A DNA stretch of 64,000 nucleotides from Octopus vulgaris (Eukaryota), in NCBI GenBank assembly GCA_951406725.2, contig OX597820.1, positions 55,676,001-55,740,000 on the forward strand. Reading direction: 5' to 3'. Below, piece after piece: positions 1 through 11,600 of this stretch; the first letter of the stretch is position 1, and the number at the start of each line of letters is the position of its first letter. Below the pieces are notes generated by a model. That model saw nothing but the letters and a program-made list of their open reading frames with translations. It was not told the DNA's origin and searched no databases. The position numbers and the translations under genes were made by a program.

Positions 1-689
1 AATGTGTTTCGCTACATTCAGATTTTGTAAATGTTAGTTTAGGCGAAATGTGAAAAAAAGTGTGTGTGTGTGTGGAGACATCGTAATCGTAAGAAAACAG
101 AGTCTGTATGAACGAACATAGTTACGTCATGCATTATTGTTTCATGCTAGCAACGAAGGTATTTATACACTGCGCTTATTTTATTATTTATTTTACTTAC
201 TATAAAGGTAACAAAGCAAAATGTAGTCATAAGGTCACACCTATTTTGACATACATTTGTACTTCTGAATGTGCATGGAGTCTTTTTCCCATGACTTGAT
301 TCGTCGTCATTTTCAATAAAAACATGCCCTTTCATTTACTTTCTTTGTTATAATACCATAAATTCATCCCTGTCGCCGTATAAAGTATCAAAACCATGAC
401 AAGGCCAAATTTATTTATTTCAACTCTTTTATCGCTTGTATCTCAATTCAAATTGTACCGCACGCGCGCGCGTGTAACACGGATTTTCAAGCGAACAACT
501 GCAAAAAGCTGTGTTGTATTCTTATGATTAAGTAATACTGTGGTCGGCTGACACACACAACTAGCTGTTGTTGTTATATATATAACATGTATTGAGTATT
601 AAAGGAAGTAGTGAGTACTTAGTATGAAAGATTAAGAAAATGAGAGAGACTGAAAAAACGTGTTAACGATACGAGATACTTTATTAGAC

Positions 690-1010
690 TGCCGTTGTTG
701 TACAAGGTATTTGTTGTGGCGGGAAACTTACTGAATGTCCTTGTATCAAGGGAGACAATGGGCAACGTTGATTGTTCATGTTTGTTGTGATGATTACATA
801 ACACTAGCAACCTATAATTCCAGTTAGGAGCTGGCTGGAGCAGTACACCTGCCTTAATGAAAGAGGGTTGCACTCTATAACTGGAATAATGGAACGTGAA
901 TTCCACCATATCATAGTCAGCACACATAAGTCACATAATACATGCATGGAGTGGGTGCGTGCAAAGCTACTTTTCATATGTTGGACCAGGAAGAAAAACT
1001 TTAAAAGATT
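690..1010 (+). pseudogene. Highly decayed Merlin/ISXO2-like DDE transposase fragment
   Basis: Frameshifted manual translation gives GICCG..TEC / ATLI / W..QYTCLNERGLHSIT / NVNSTIS*SAHISHIIHAW / VRAKL..TRKKNF. These fall in the order of the Merlin motifs GGIER..CF / TLLPII / WKAYNCL..EGY.HLTVNH / NFVDP.TGAHTQ.IE..W. Similarity is low and judged by eye. Confidence 0.4.
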
Positions 1011-1088
1011 TAAAAAAAACTTTTCGGTACTACTTTAGCGTGCATTCTACCGCAGTCTCCATAGTTTTCGCTGTGAAATGACCTGATC

Positions 1089-1280
1089 GGGTTTAGGGTT
1101 ACAGTTAGGGTTAAGGGCCAGGGTTAGGATTAGGGTTTAGGGTTAGGGTTTGGAGTTACGATTAGGATTTCGGGTTAGTGTTAGACTGTATACTAGGGTG
1201 TAAATTAGGGTTTAGGGTTAGGGTTTGGAGTTACGATTAGGGTTTCGGGTTAGTGTTAGACTGTATACTAGGGTGTAAAT
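1089..1280 (+). repeat. Degenerate telomere-like (TTAGGG) tract with a 75-bp tandem duplication
   Basis: Many TTAGGG/TTTAGGG variants; 1130-1204 is repeated almost exactly at 1205-1279. Confidence 0.9.
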
Positions 1281-1423
1281 GGCCAGGTAGACCGTACACT
1301 GAACTGGCATCTCGTTTTCTATCTCAGATTTTTTTTTTCTTTTTGCTCCCTATAATCAAGACATGTGTTTGGTAGGAGCAAAACGACCTATCAGGGTGTA
1401 TATAACATATTGTACATAATATT

Positions 1424-2007
1424 TATTTCTTTATTGACCACAGGGGGCTAAACATAGAGTGGACAGACAAAGGGATTACATCGATCCCAATGTGTAACTG
1501 GTACTTATTTAATCAACCACGAAAGGATGAAAGGCAAAGTCGACCTCGGCGGAATTTGAACTCAGAACGAAATACTGGCACACGAAATACCTATTTCTTT
1601 ACTGCCCACAAGGGACTACACACAAAGGGGACAAACAAGGGCAGACAAACGGATTAAGTCGATTATATTGACCCCAGTGCGTAACTGGTACTTATTTAAT
1701 CGACCCTGAAAGGATGAAAGGCAAAGTCGACCTCAGTGGAATTTTAACTCAGGACGTAGCGGTAGACGAAATACCTATTTCTTTACTACCTACAAGGGGA
1801 TAAACACAGAGGGGACGAACAAGGACAGATAAACGGATTAAGTCGATTACATCGACTCCAGTGCGTAACTGGTACTTAATTTATCGACCCCGAAAGGATG
1901 AAAGGCCAAGTCGACCTTGGCAGAATTTGAACTTAGAACGTAACGACAGACGAAACACGGCTACGCATTTCGCCCGGCGTGCTAACGATTCTGTCAGCTC
2001 TCCGCCC
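1424..2007 (-). mobile_element. SINE family B, trimeric copy (one head plus three body units)
   Basis: Three tandem ~170-185 bp units containing cgaaaggatgaaaggcaaagtcgacctcggcggaatttgaactcagaacg; 16-bp TSD tattgtacataatatt at 1408-1423 and 2008-2023. Confidence 0.9.
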
Positions 2008-2030
2008 TATTGTACATAATATTGAACACA

Positions 2031-2505
2031 GGCGCAGGCGTGGCTGTGAGGCGAGAAGCTTGCTTCTCAACTACGTGGTTTCGGATTCAGTCCCGCTGTG
2101 TGGAACATTGGGCAAGTGTCTTTAACTATAACCTCGGGCTGACCAGAGTCTTGTGAGTGGAGTTAATGGATTTGGTAGATGAAAACTGAAAGCCGTCCTA
2201 TATATAATAAACATAGACACAGTCAAACACAGAAACATAGATACACATCATACATACATATACACATACATACATGTGTGTGTGTGTGGGGGGGTTGTTT
2301 GTGTCTGTGTTTGTCCTACACCACCGCTTAACAGCGGGTGTTGGTGTGTTTGCGCCTCCGTAACTTAGCGGTTCGGCAACAGACCGATAGAATAAGTACC
2401 AGGCTTAAAAAAGTAAGTCATGTGGTCGATATATTCAACTAAAACTCTACAAGGCGGTGCCCAGCATGGCCGCAGTCAAATGACTGAAAGAAGTAAAAGA
2501 TAAAA
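2031..2505 (+). mobile_element. tRNA-derived SINE family A (internal microsatellite)
   Basis: ggcgcagg.gtggctgtg head, ttgggcaagtgtc core, central TA/TG microsatellite and ..atgactgaaa.aagtaaaaga tail; more than 10 copies in the window. Confidence 0.85.
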
Positions 2506-2561
2506 AAATGAATATACATTATTACAGCAATTGTCAAACTTTCATGATTGCTTTCCTAACT

Positions 2562-3109
2562 GCGAATTTTTTTCCCACGCGAGTTCCGGACCCCAGCAAC
2601 GAACTCATTTGCATACAGCCAATCAGAGCTCACCTTGACCTTGTTATCAAGTTGAAAACACACTCTACCAAGTAAACCCAAGACGAAGAACGTTGTTGTA
2701 AGTCTACCGACTGCCATGTTATGTCTGATTTTAGAAGGAGACAAGAATTTGTGTTGCATCTATACCTATTATCGGATTTTGTTAGGGCCCCATATGGTAC
2801 GTAAAGATGTGAATGGGAAAAATGTGTGTAGAAGGTGACGCGCTAGCAACCTTCTCCCCTTACTGTTTTACAAAGTAAATAACAACGCAAATATCGACGC
2901 AGAGGTAGCCATAGTTGAAACAAGAACAAGAACAACAAGCATTATTAAAGGAGAAAAGAAGCATGGCTCATTCCTTACCCAAGTAACCTTACCTTATCAC
3001 CCATCACTTGTTATGCGCTCATAAATTGGTTTGAAAGTTGAGCTCTGATTAGCCGTATGCAAATGAGTTCATAACTGGGGTCCACAACTCTCGTGGGAGA
3101 AAATTTCGC
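2562..3109. mobile_element. MITE with ~80-bp TIRs and 9-bp TSD (Mutator/MULE-like)
   Basis: 2562-2640 is the reverse complement of ~3028-3109; perfect TSD ttcctaact at 2553-2561 and 3110-3118. Confidence 0.85.
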
Positions 3110-3214
3110 TTCCTAACTCACAGCAAATCAATTACCGGCACACTTTTGAATCAAAAGTAAAGAAATGCTTGTGTACTTTACATTGAAAGCTTAAATTTAA
3201 AAAGGTACTTACTC

Positions 3215-3325
3215 ATACGCATACATACATACATACATACATGCATACATACATACATACATACATACATACATACATACATACATACATACATGCATGC
3301 ATACATACATACATACATACATACA

Positions 3326-3359
<34 letters not shown>

Positions 3360-3376
3360 CATACATACATACACAC
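3215..3376. repeat. (TACA)n microsatellite
   Basis: Direct reading; source of the MYVC/HTYI ORF artefacts. Confidence 0.95.
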
Positions 3377-3810
3377 AATGTGGTGCATAGTGTATGTAAG
3401 AGATGAGATGGTCACGGTTAGAATGCATTTGATTATAAGTCTTCTCAATAATTGCTGGCTAAGAGCTTTAAAAAATAGCAAATTTCACTCGACACTATCA
3501 TTGGAGACATTTGAAAAATTTGCTTTAGTGTACCGAGCAGTGAGATCTTATACGGGACCTCTTGATCTTGAAACGAACATCTTAACCATTTGGTCACAAA
3601 GAAAACACACACACACACACATCAACAGAATGCGGTTTCTGACGTTTATAATTAGCAAAGCAAACAGAAAAACTGAAGATATGGTAATATAAATTAATAT
3701 AAATGTAGCGGAGCAAAATGCTTAACCGTATTTCGTCCGTCTTTTTTTTTTCTCTATCATCTTTTCGATGTCAATAAAATAAGTACCAGTTATATTTGAA
3801 ACCAATATAA

Positions 3811-4215
3811 GGCGGCGAACTAGCTAAATCATTAGCAAGCCGAGTGAAATGCTTAGCGGCATTTCGTCCGTCAGTACGTTTTGAGTTCAAATATTGTCGA
3901 GGTCAACTTTGACTTTCATCCTTTCGGGGGTCAATAAAATAAGTACCAGTTGAACACTGGGGTCGATGTAATTGACTTAGCTCCTCCTCGAAAATGTTGG
4001 TCTTGAACCAAAATTCGGAACCAATATCATATACGAATATAAAGTAGGCGTTTCGTCCGTCAGTACGTTTTGAGTTCAAATATTGTCGAGGTCAACTTTG
4101 ACTTTCATCCTTTCGGGGGTCGATAAAATAAGTACCAGTTGAACACTGGGGTCGATGTAATAGACTTAGCTCCTCCTCGAAAATGTTGGTCTTGAACCAA
4201 AATTCGGAACCAATA
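3811..4215 (+). mobile_element. SINE family B copy with local ~189-bp tandem duplication
   Basis: Head ggcggcgaactagc at 3811; 3862-4050 is nearly identical to 4051-4239. Confidence 0.8.
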
Positions 4216-4235
4216 TTATATACAAATATAAAGTA

Positions 4236-4666
4236 GGCGTAGGAGTGGCTGTGTGGTAAGTAGCTTGCTTACGGACCACGTGGTTCCGGGTTCAGTCCCA
4301 TTGCGTGGCACCTTGGGCAAGTGTCTTCTACTATAGGCTCGGGCCGACCAAAGCCTTGTGAGTGGATCTGGTAGACGGAAACTGAAAGAAGCCCGTCGTA
4401 TATATGTATATATGTATATGTATGTGTGTGTATATATGTTTGTGTGTCTATGTTTCTGTATTTGCCCCCCCCCGCCCCCAACATCGCTTGACAACCGATG
4501 CTGGTGTGTTTACGTCCCCGTAACTTAGCGGTTCTGCAAAAGAGATTGATAGAATAAGTACTAGGCTTACAAAGAATAAGTCCTGGGGTCGATTTGCTCG
4601 ACTAAAGGCGGTGCTCCAGCATGGCCACAGTCAAATGACTGAAAGAAGTAAAAGAGTAAAGAGTAA
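4236..4666 (+). mobile_element. SINE family A
   Basis: Full-length match to the other copies (38329, 49384). Confidence 0.9.
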
Positions 4667-4667
4667 A

Positions 4668-5100
4668 CTAGCTGGCAGAATCGTTAACATGCTGGGTAAA
4701 ATGCTTAGCGGCATTTCATCTGTCTTTACATTCTGAGATCAATTCCACCGAGGTCGACTTTACTTTTCATTCTTTTGGGTTCTATAAAATAAGTACTTGT
4801 TGGTCACCGGTGTCCATGTAATCGATTATCTCCATTCTCCCAAAATTTCAGTCCTCGACTTATTCAATTTCAGTCATAATCGACTTAACCCCGCCCCCCG
4901 AAATTGCTGGCCTTGTGCCAAAACCAATATTGATTTTTCAGAGGAGGGAATAAGTGCTCGAATGGTACTTATTTTATCGACCTCTAAATGATAAAAAGAG
5001 ATAAATTGGGCCTTCGGCGAATCTTGAACTCGGAACGTAAAGACGGACGAAATATTGCTAAGCATTTTGTCTGGCGTGCTAACGATTCTGCCAGCTCACT
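4668..5100. mobile_element. Two SINE family B copies, tail-to-tail (4668-4925 +, 4945-5100 -)
   Basis: gctggcagaatcgttaac head on + and its reverse complement gctaacgattctgccagctc at ~5078-5098. Confidence 0.7.
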
Positions 5101-5521
5101 ATCTTAAATTTAAAAAAAACACCATTTTATACTAATATATAAGTGAACTTAGAACACACCTTGTTCATAAATAAGCATGTTGCTAGATTACATATTTCCG
5201 CAATGCTTATCGGTAGTTGACTCATGATGATTTGTCATTGAAACGAAATCATTATGTAAACCAATAAAACCATCAGGCTATAACGGCAGTAAAAAACGAT
5301 ATGAATTGTGTTCAGTTGACTGTGTGGTAGTTTATTTCTTACCTCTCAACACTAGTTACCATCATTACAACCCCTCATACACACCAACATACATATATTT
5401 ACACAACTGTTTTTCCTGCACATATCCTGGATTCAAGTGGCAAGATATTCAATTGGGAAGAATTTTAAAAATTCACCGTCAGTCAGGAATTTCAGCATTT
5501 ATATATATAATATATATATTA

Positions 5522-5584
<63 letters not shown>

Positions 5585-5749
5585 AGACATATATGTATAT
5601 ACATACATGTGTGTGTGCGTGCGCTTTAATAGTATATGTACATATTATGTGCGTACGTGCGTGCGTGTGCGTGTGTGTGTGTTGGGGGGGGGTCTGTGTA
5701 GCACTAAAACAAAAACCACCCGGGAGAGTTCAGAGCATTCGAATGACAT

Positions 5750-6745
5750 AAAATTTCCGCCCGATGCTTCTGCTCTGGGATTGTCTAATCAAAATGTTGG
5801 GAGAATTTTACATTCCGATCTCAAGTTCAATTCATACAAAACGATGATTGTTCATGTGGTTGAGAAAAATTGCTGTGTTTATATCCTTCACAATGATATT
5901 GTTCTCACAAGCGACGAATCCCACTTTCATTTGTCTGACATCATCAATAAGCAGAATATTCGTTACTGGGTGGAAAACAATCCTGAAATTTCATGAAAGA
6001 CCTCTGCAAATTTTGGTGTTTTGAGTCTTTACTTTTTTCTTTTTCCTTTTTTGTTTTTTTTTTAGACGGGAGATCAAGCGATTACAGTATCATCCGATCG
6101 ATATATAGATACGCTATAGAACTTTCTGGAGTTCAAATTCACAGATTTTGGAAATTCGGATGTATAGTTTCAACAGAATGAGGCCATTGCTTACATTGCA
6201 AGAACTGTTAAGTTTTGAAAGAATTATTTCCAAGGCATTTGATCTCCTTACGTGGTGACACTATATGGCCTATAAGCTCGTCTGATCTCGTGTCTATGTG
6301 ACTATTTTCTTTGGGTTACCTGAAAGCTGAAGCCAACAAACATCAACCAACAGCAATTGACGAATTGAAGTCTGCTCTACGCCAAACAACTGCAGATATA
6401 CCATCACAAATGACTCGGATCTTTTCACTTTCAATTGTATTCACCTTAATAGACGTCACTGATTGGTTGAAATTGCCGAAATGCAAGAAATTAGACAACA
6501 AATAGCTTACAAATTACAGAATTTTCTCAAGAAAGCCAAGAGAAAAAGATATTTTATGTAGCACATTCTACCAGTATACGAAGTTTAAAAGTGCTTAGCT
6601 ACAAAGAAATTATTTTAAGAATCTGCCGGTCAAAGTAAAAAGATCCAATGACTCACCAAATAATGGTAAACTTCATAAATTAACTACCAAGCTGCGTCGC
6701 GATTAGAGAACACCTTTTAGAGGATGTCATATCCAAAACCAAATG
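5750..6745 (+). pseudogene. Decayed Tc1/mariner-superfamily transposase (rosa/DD41D-like)
   Basis: ORF pieces ASALGLS..VGRILHSDLKF, TSDESHFHL..INKQNIRYW, FQQNEA, ISLRGDTIWP..SDL, GYLKAEANKHQPTAIDELK; continues after a MITE insertion as IMVNFIN*LPSCVAIREHLLEDVISKT. Confidence 0.85.
6417..6646. mobile_element. Short GG-terminated MITE (Merlin-like) inserted in the transposase
   Basis: Ends ggatctttt / aaaagatcc; perfect 8-bp TSD aatgactc at 6409-6416 and 6647-6654; body homologous to 46300-46507. Confidence 0.85.
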
Positions 6746-6880
6746 ACAAAAGCTGTATCCATTCACGTTACGGTTATTAAAAAATATTTTTAATAACTTT
6801 TACTTTGGCCCTTTTTTTTTTGTCAACCAGTAAACTTTGCGTGGTTTTGTTTTTGTCGCACCTTTTACAAACATACATAA

Positions 6881-6882
<2 letters not shown>

Positions 6883-6970
<88 letters not shown>

Positions 6971-7212
6971 AAACACACGCACACATGCAAAAAGTATGCA
7001 AATCTAAATTCCATTGAATGTGTGCTGTTTCTTCATTAAAGATCCAGTTCTTTCACAGTTAATGAGAAATACGAAAAATAAAACCAAGAACACATACGCA
7101 TGCACACACACACACACACACACACACACGTATGTATGTATGTATGTATGTATGTATGTATGTATGTATGTATGTATGTATGTATGTATGTATGTATGTA
7201 TGTATGTATGTA
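6883..7212. repeat. (CA)n and (TATG)n microsatellites
   Basis: (CA)n 6883-6970; (CA)n/(TATG)n 7103-7212. Confidence 0.95.
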
Positions 7213-7724
7213 TCTGCGTTCATAAAAGCGAAATGCTACTTCGCCGATTTTGACAATGAGTTGTTCAGCTAATTGAATCTCGTTGGATTAACGCGCTCTC
7301 GTCATGTGAGATGGAAAGCATGGAAAACGTTTATTCTCTGATTGGTGACAAAGAATACACATCCAGAAAAAAACCTATAAGATCATGTTGACAGCAACAG
7401 AGATAATCAAAGTAGGTTGTTTCAGAGCAACAGCTGTTACATTACTTCTGATTTTGAGGTGCATGTTCTTACAATAGAGAAACAGGAACCCCCCCACCCC
7501 AAAACAACTAAATGGAAAACACCTGAATGAGGCAATTAATGAAGATTCTGTAAAGTTATTGCTGAAGATATGATCCACATAGTGTATGGTAAAAAATGCC
7601 ATCACGATATGAGACGTAATGTTGTGACCTAAACACTATACAGTGCAATTCGTAGAAAAGACTGTATTAAAAATCAAACTATAAACTGTAACAGATGTGT
7701 TGAGTGCATACTTGTGCATAGAAT

Positions 7725-8460
7725 ATTTGTACAGTGCTACTATATATAAATATAAGCATTTCTGAATTGTAAATACGGACATTTGTGAGCTGGAAGCTGT
7801 AATTGCGTTACGGTATTTTTTCCGTGATATTCACTATTTGTAAGAATATAGCTTTCAGTCACGTATTCATGACAATAAGTTATTCGGAGCTTTGTCTCAC
7901 TGCAAAGCCCAACAACATTATTTAAATTTTGCCTTAGCTTTATAAGATGAACGTGTGTAAAGATACTCTACAAAAGTTACAGCTGTTTGTGAACTCCATT
8001 GGATAATATATAGTTTATTTTAATCGTTGTCCGAATTAATGCTTTTGTAATAAGTAACTGTTTCTCCATGTATTATGTTGATGACGTCGTTATTTATACA
8101 ATCAAGAACACCATTAATAGAGGATTCTACTGCTCTACTTGTGAAGTTTACAGTGTTCAATATGCTGTCAAAGACTTTATTTATAACTCCATTTTCAACA
8201 CCATTCAGAAACTCAACCATTCTAGCACGAAGTAGAAAACTGATACAGTTATAGGACCCCGGTCAGTAAATGGAAACTGAAATTTAGAAAGCTGAATGTA
8301 TTACTACAGAAGCACTTTTTAAAAAGCAATGCCACCAATCCAGTAGATACAGCAATGAGAAAAGATTGATCTAAAATGCTTCCTCATACTCAATATGTAT
8401 TCGATTGAAATACATGTCTTTCCGCGGCAACGAAAATACTTGAGCTTCGGTTGTTGCTCT
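7725..8460 (-). pseudogene. Decayed Helitron Pif1-like helicase fragment
   Basis: Minus-strand frameshifted pieces IAVSTGLVALL..HSAF, INNDVINIIHGETVTYYKSINSD..YPMEFTNS, NLNNVVGLCSETKLRITYCHEYVTESYILT and LYIVAL. These match, in order, the Helitron motifs AVASSGIAATLL..TAHSRF, GE..TYLS.D..YP.EFLNS, LRNLN...GLCNGTRL and LYVALSR. Confidence 0.7.
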
Positions 8461-8871
8461 ATATGACATCATTTACAGAGTCAGAGTCGTATCGTTGCTC
8501 TTAGTCCAATGTTACCCTTTCACTGTTTACTTCAGTTCTTTATAGGCAATGTCTGAAAGTAATTCACAAAATCATGATGCATCTGGTACAGATAACCCAG
8601 AGATGTAATGACAAGATGGAAATTCCATTTTGGTGGTAGAAAGTGAGCAAAATCACTGGTAACTGTCCACTCTAACAGGTCACCATTATCCCTAGGATAC
8701 TATATATGATGATTTTCTGCTATATACAACTCGTGATTCTGAAAGTATATTATTTGATCATGTATTTTACAGAACCGTAATGCTGAAATAAGCTTATCTC
8801 GAATTTGAGAAGCAGAACATTACAAATCCACGCGCATTATCTCTATCTCCTATCGAATCCTGCATCTTTAA

Positions 8872-9093
8872 TCCTTTAGCATTTAAATTGGCCTTATCTG
8901 GTCAAAAGTTTCTACTTACTTATGTTCAAACTGGCCAGATCTGGCATCTCATACCTACCCTACAATGTCATTCTAAAAATCAACAATCATATCATTGAAA
9001 TTTTAAGACTACAAGTTAATGCAAATTAAATTCAAAACAATATGAAAAAAAAGAAAGTTTTACATTTGACAAAGTAAACTGAATGTTAAAGAG
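8872..9093. mobile_element. piggyBac-like MITE
   Basis: TTAA flanks (8868-8871, 9094-9097); ends (t/c)cctttagcatt / aatgttaaagag; homologous to 52557 and 63561 copies. Confidence 0.7.
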
Positions 9094-9394
9094 TTAAAGA
9101 TATTGACTTTTAGACTTATTATTACTATCCCTCAACAATCTTCGACTTCTGCAATGGGTATACACAAGATTTATGTAGTAAAATTATACATATAATGACG
9201 TCTTTCCAAATTTCGAAGTTTGACAAAGTAGATTCTCCAGATGACAATCCAAGTTTTCTTTTTATCACTTTTTTTTTTCTTTGACAATTTATTCCAAACA
9301 TAGGGACTTAAGAAATTGGAGTATTAGAGTACAATACGTCTCTCGCAGACTTGTGAAATTTGTAGTACACTCTTGAGAGAGAGATGGGAGGGAG

Positions 9395-9534
<140 letters not shown>

Positions 9535-9693
9535 TTCTTCTGATGTCTATCAAGCGTACGCCGTTCCTCGTTTTCATAAAAGTCAAATACTACTTGCTGT
9601 GCATTTTTCTAATAAATCGCTTATTGCTTAACGAAAGGGCATTCGAAATGAATGTCGAAACTAAAAACGACGCCAAATTGTTTTTTTATGCGG

Positions 9694-9734
<41 letters not shown>

Positions 9735-10399
9735 CGCGCGTGCGTGCGGACGTGTCTTTGTGCAAGTTTTTGTCACCACTTATCGCTTGACAACGGTGGA
9801 TATTGATAAACTCGGACACATACACTAAGAAGTTTGCTTCATAGCGACAAATGTTACTTTCTATATCCTGAAGTTGCCCCATACCTTGTGAGTGAAATTG
9901 TACCTACAATTCAAAAGAAACAGCCTTGTCACATACTAAGAATTCCATAAATTCTCCGTCACTTAAACGTTAATTTAGGAGCAAGTTATTTACTTGACTG
10001 AACAATTGAATCTTTTTCATAGAGCGATTAGGATCCACCACACCACTCATAATATAACCCGTCATAGTGTGATGAACAGAGTCAATCAATGTTAACACCT
10101 TCCCTGACCAAAACTGCGTACATATATCTGTGTGTTCTCAACTGTACTGATCTTTCTGCTTCATACGAATAATGCTTTTTTTTCCCGGACACAAATGTAT
10201 TTCTTTAATATGATTAGCATAATTAATTCGTTCCGATACAATCAGTATAACTAATTTGATTTTGATACAATCAGCATAATTTAATTAGTATGATAAATTT
10301 GCTTGTTATGCACACATTCCGTAAATCCTCGTGTATAATCCGCATTTTTCCCCCAAAATTGAAAGGTCAAAATTCCTAGTGCGTACTATATACGAGGTT

Positions 10400-10784
10400 G
10401 GCGGAATGCTTAACGGTATTTCGTCTGTCGTTACGTTCTGAGTTCAAATTCCGCCGAGATCGACTTCGCCTTTCATCCTTTCGGGGTCGATAAATTAAGT
10501 ACCAGTTACGCACTGGGGTCGATGTAATCGACTTAATACCTATGTCTGTCCTTGTTTGTCCTCTCTGTGTTTAGCCCCTTGTGGGTAATAAAGAAATAGG
10601 TATTTCGTCTGTCGTTACGTTCTGAGTTCAAATTCCGCCGAGGTCGACTTTGCCTTTCATCCTTTCGGGGTCGATAAATAAAAGTACCAGTTTCGCACTG
10701 GGGATCGATGTAATCGACTTAATCCCTTTGTCTGCCCTTGTTCGTCCTCTCTATATTTAGCCCCTTGTGGGCAATAAAGAAATA
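10400..10784 (+). mobile_element. SINE family B dimer inserted in a pogo/Tigger-like MITE end
   Basis: Two tandem body units; TSD tatatacgaggtt at 10387-10399 and 10785-10797; host begins ccgtaaatcctcgtgtataatccgca at 10319. Confidence 0.85.
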
Positions 10785-11009
10785 TATATACGAGGTTAAA
10801 AATGAAAATTATTTTCTAAGCAATGTCCGAGTCTCTATTTACTGTCCGACAATGTTTAGTCAGACGCATTTTGTGATGTCGGGCGCGAAAATACCTTAAA
10901 TCTTCCATAATTTGCAGTTAGCAACATTTATTAAACGTTATTACTGTTATTTCTTTATTTTCTGCAAACAAAATGCACAGAAAAGCTACACGTTTGCATT
11001 ATGTTTAAG

Positions 11010-11183
11010 AAACAGATTGGGTTTATTTACATTTGTGAAGAAAAAAAAGATACCCTTCCCCCACCCCTAACCCTAACCCTAAAACAGATTGAAATGCAAT
11101 AGATCGATACTAAGGTCATAATTATGGGTGACAATTTCATATGACACCGCTAGAAAAAACTGCCGTTCAAACCGAAAAGATCC
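11010..11183 (-). mobile_element. Partial GG-terminated MITE with CCCTAA repeats
   Basis: Reverse complement of 46100-46270, including TIR aaaactgccgttcaaaccgaaaagatcc. Confidence 0.8.
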
Positions 11184-11600
11184 TATCCCTCTTTTTCTCT
11201 TTTAAATTAACATAAACATTTATTTACACGAAAGAAAATTACCAGAGAACTTTCACCCAATTCTTCTAAATCTTTCTGTTAAAAATAGTAATGTGTTTAT
11301 CGCATTTGCATTAAACACTGGTGGTTGTGAGGTGTGCTAAAAATAACAGCTAAGATTTTAAATCCTAGTTTCACGGACTCCTTCCTAGAAGGAACCTAAC
11401 TCGTCAGACCTGACCCTACGAAACGTTCAGGTGCACGGAGCTAACATATACATCAAACCATCCATCCATCCATCCATACATCCATCCATCCATCCATCCA
11501 TCCATCCATCCACATACATACATACATACATACATGCATTCTTTTCTACTCTAGGCACAAGGCCAGAAATTTCGGGTGAGGGGGGGTCAGTCGATTAGAT

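Noticed and set aside
1089-1280. True telomere or chromosome-fusion site
   Set aside because: Short, degenerate, single orientation and adjacent to a transposon relic.
3178-3692. MYVC/HTYI, poly-L/K/E, RERE and VCVC ORFs here and throughout the ORF track
   Set aside because: They are translations of microsatellites, not genes.
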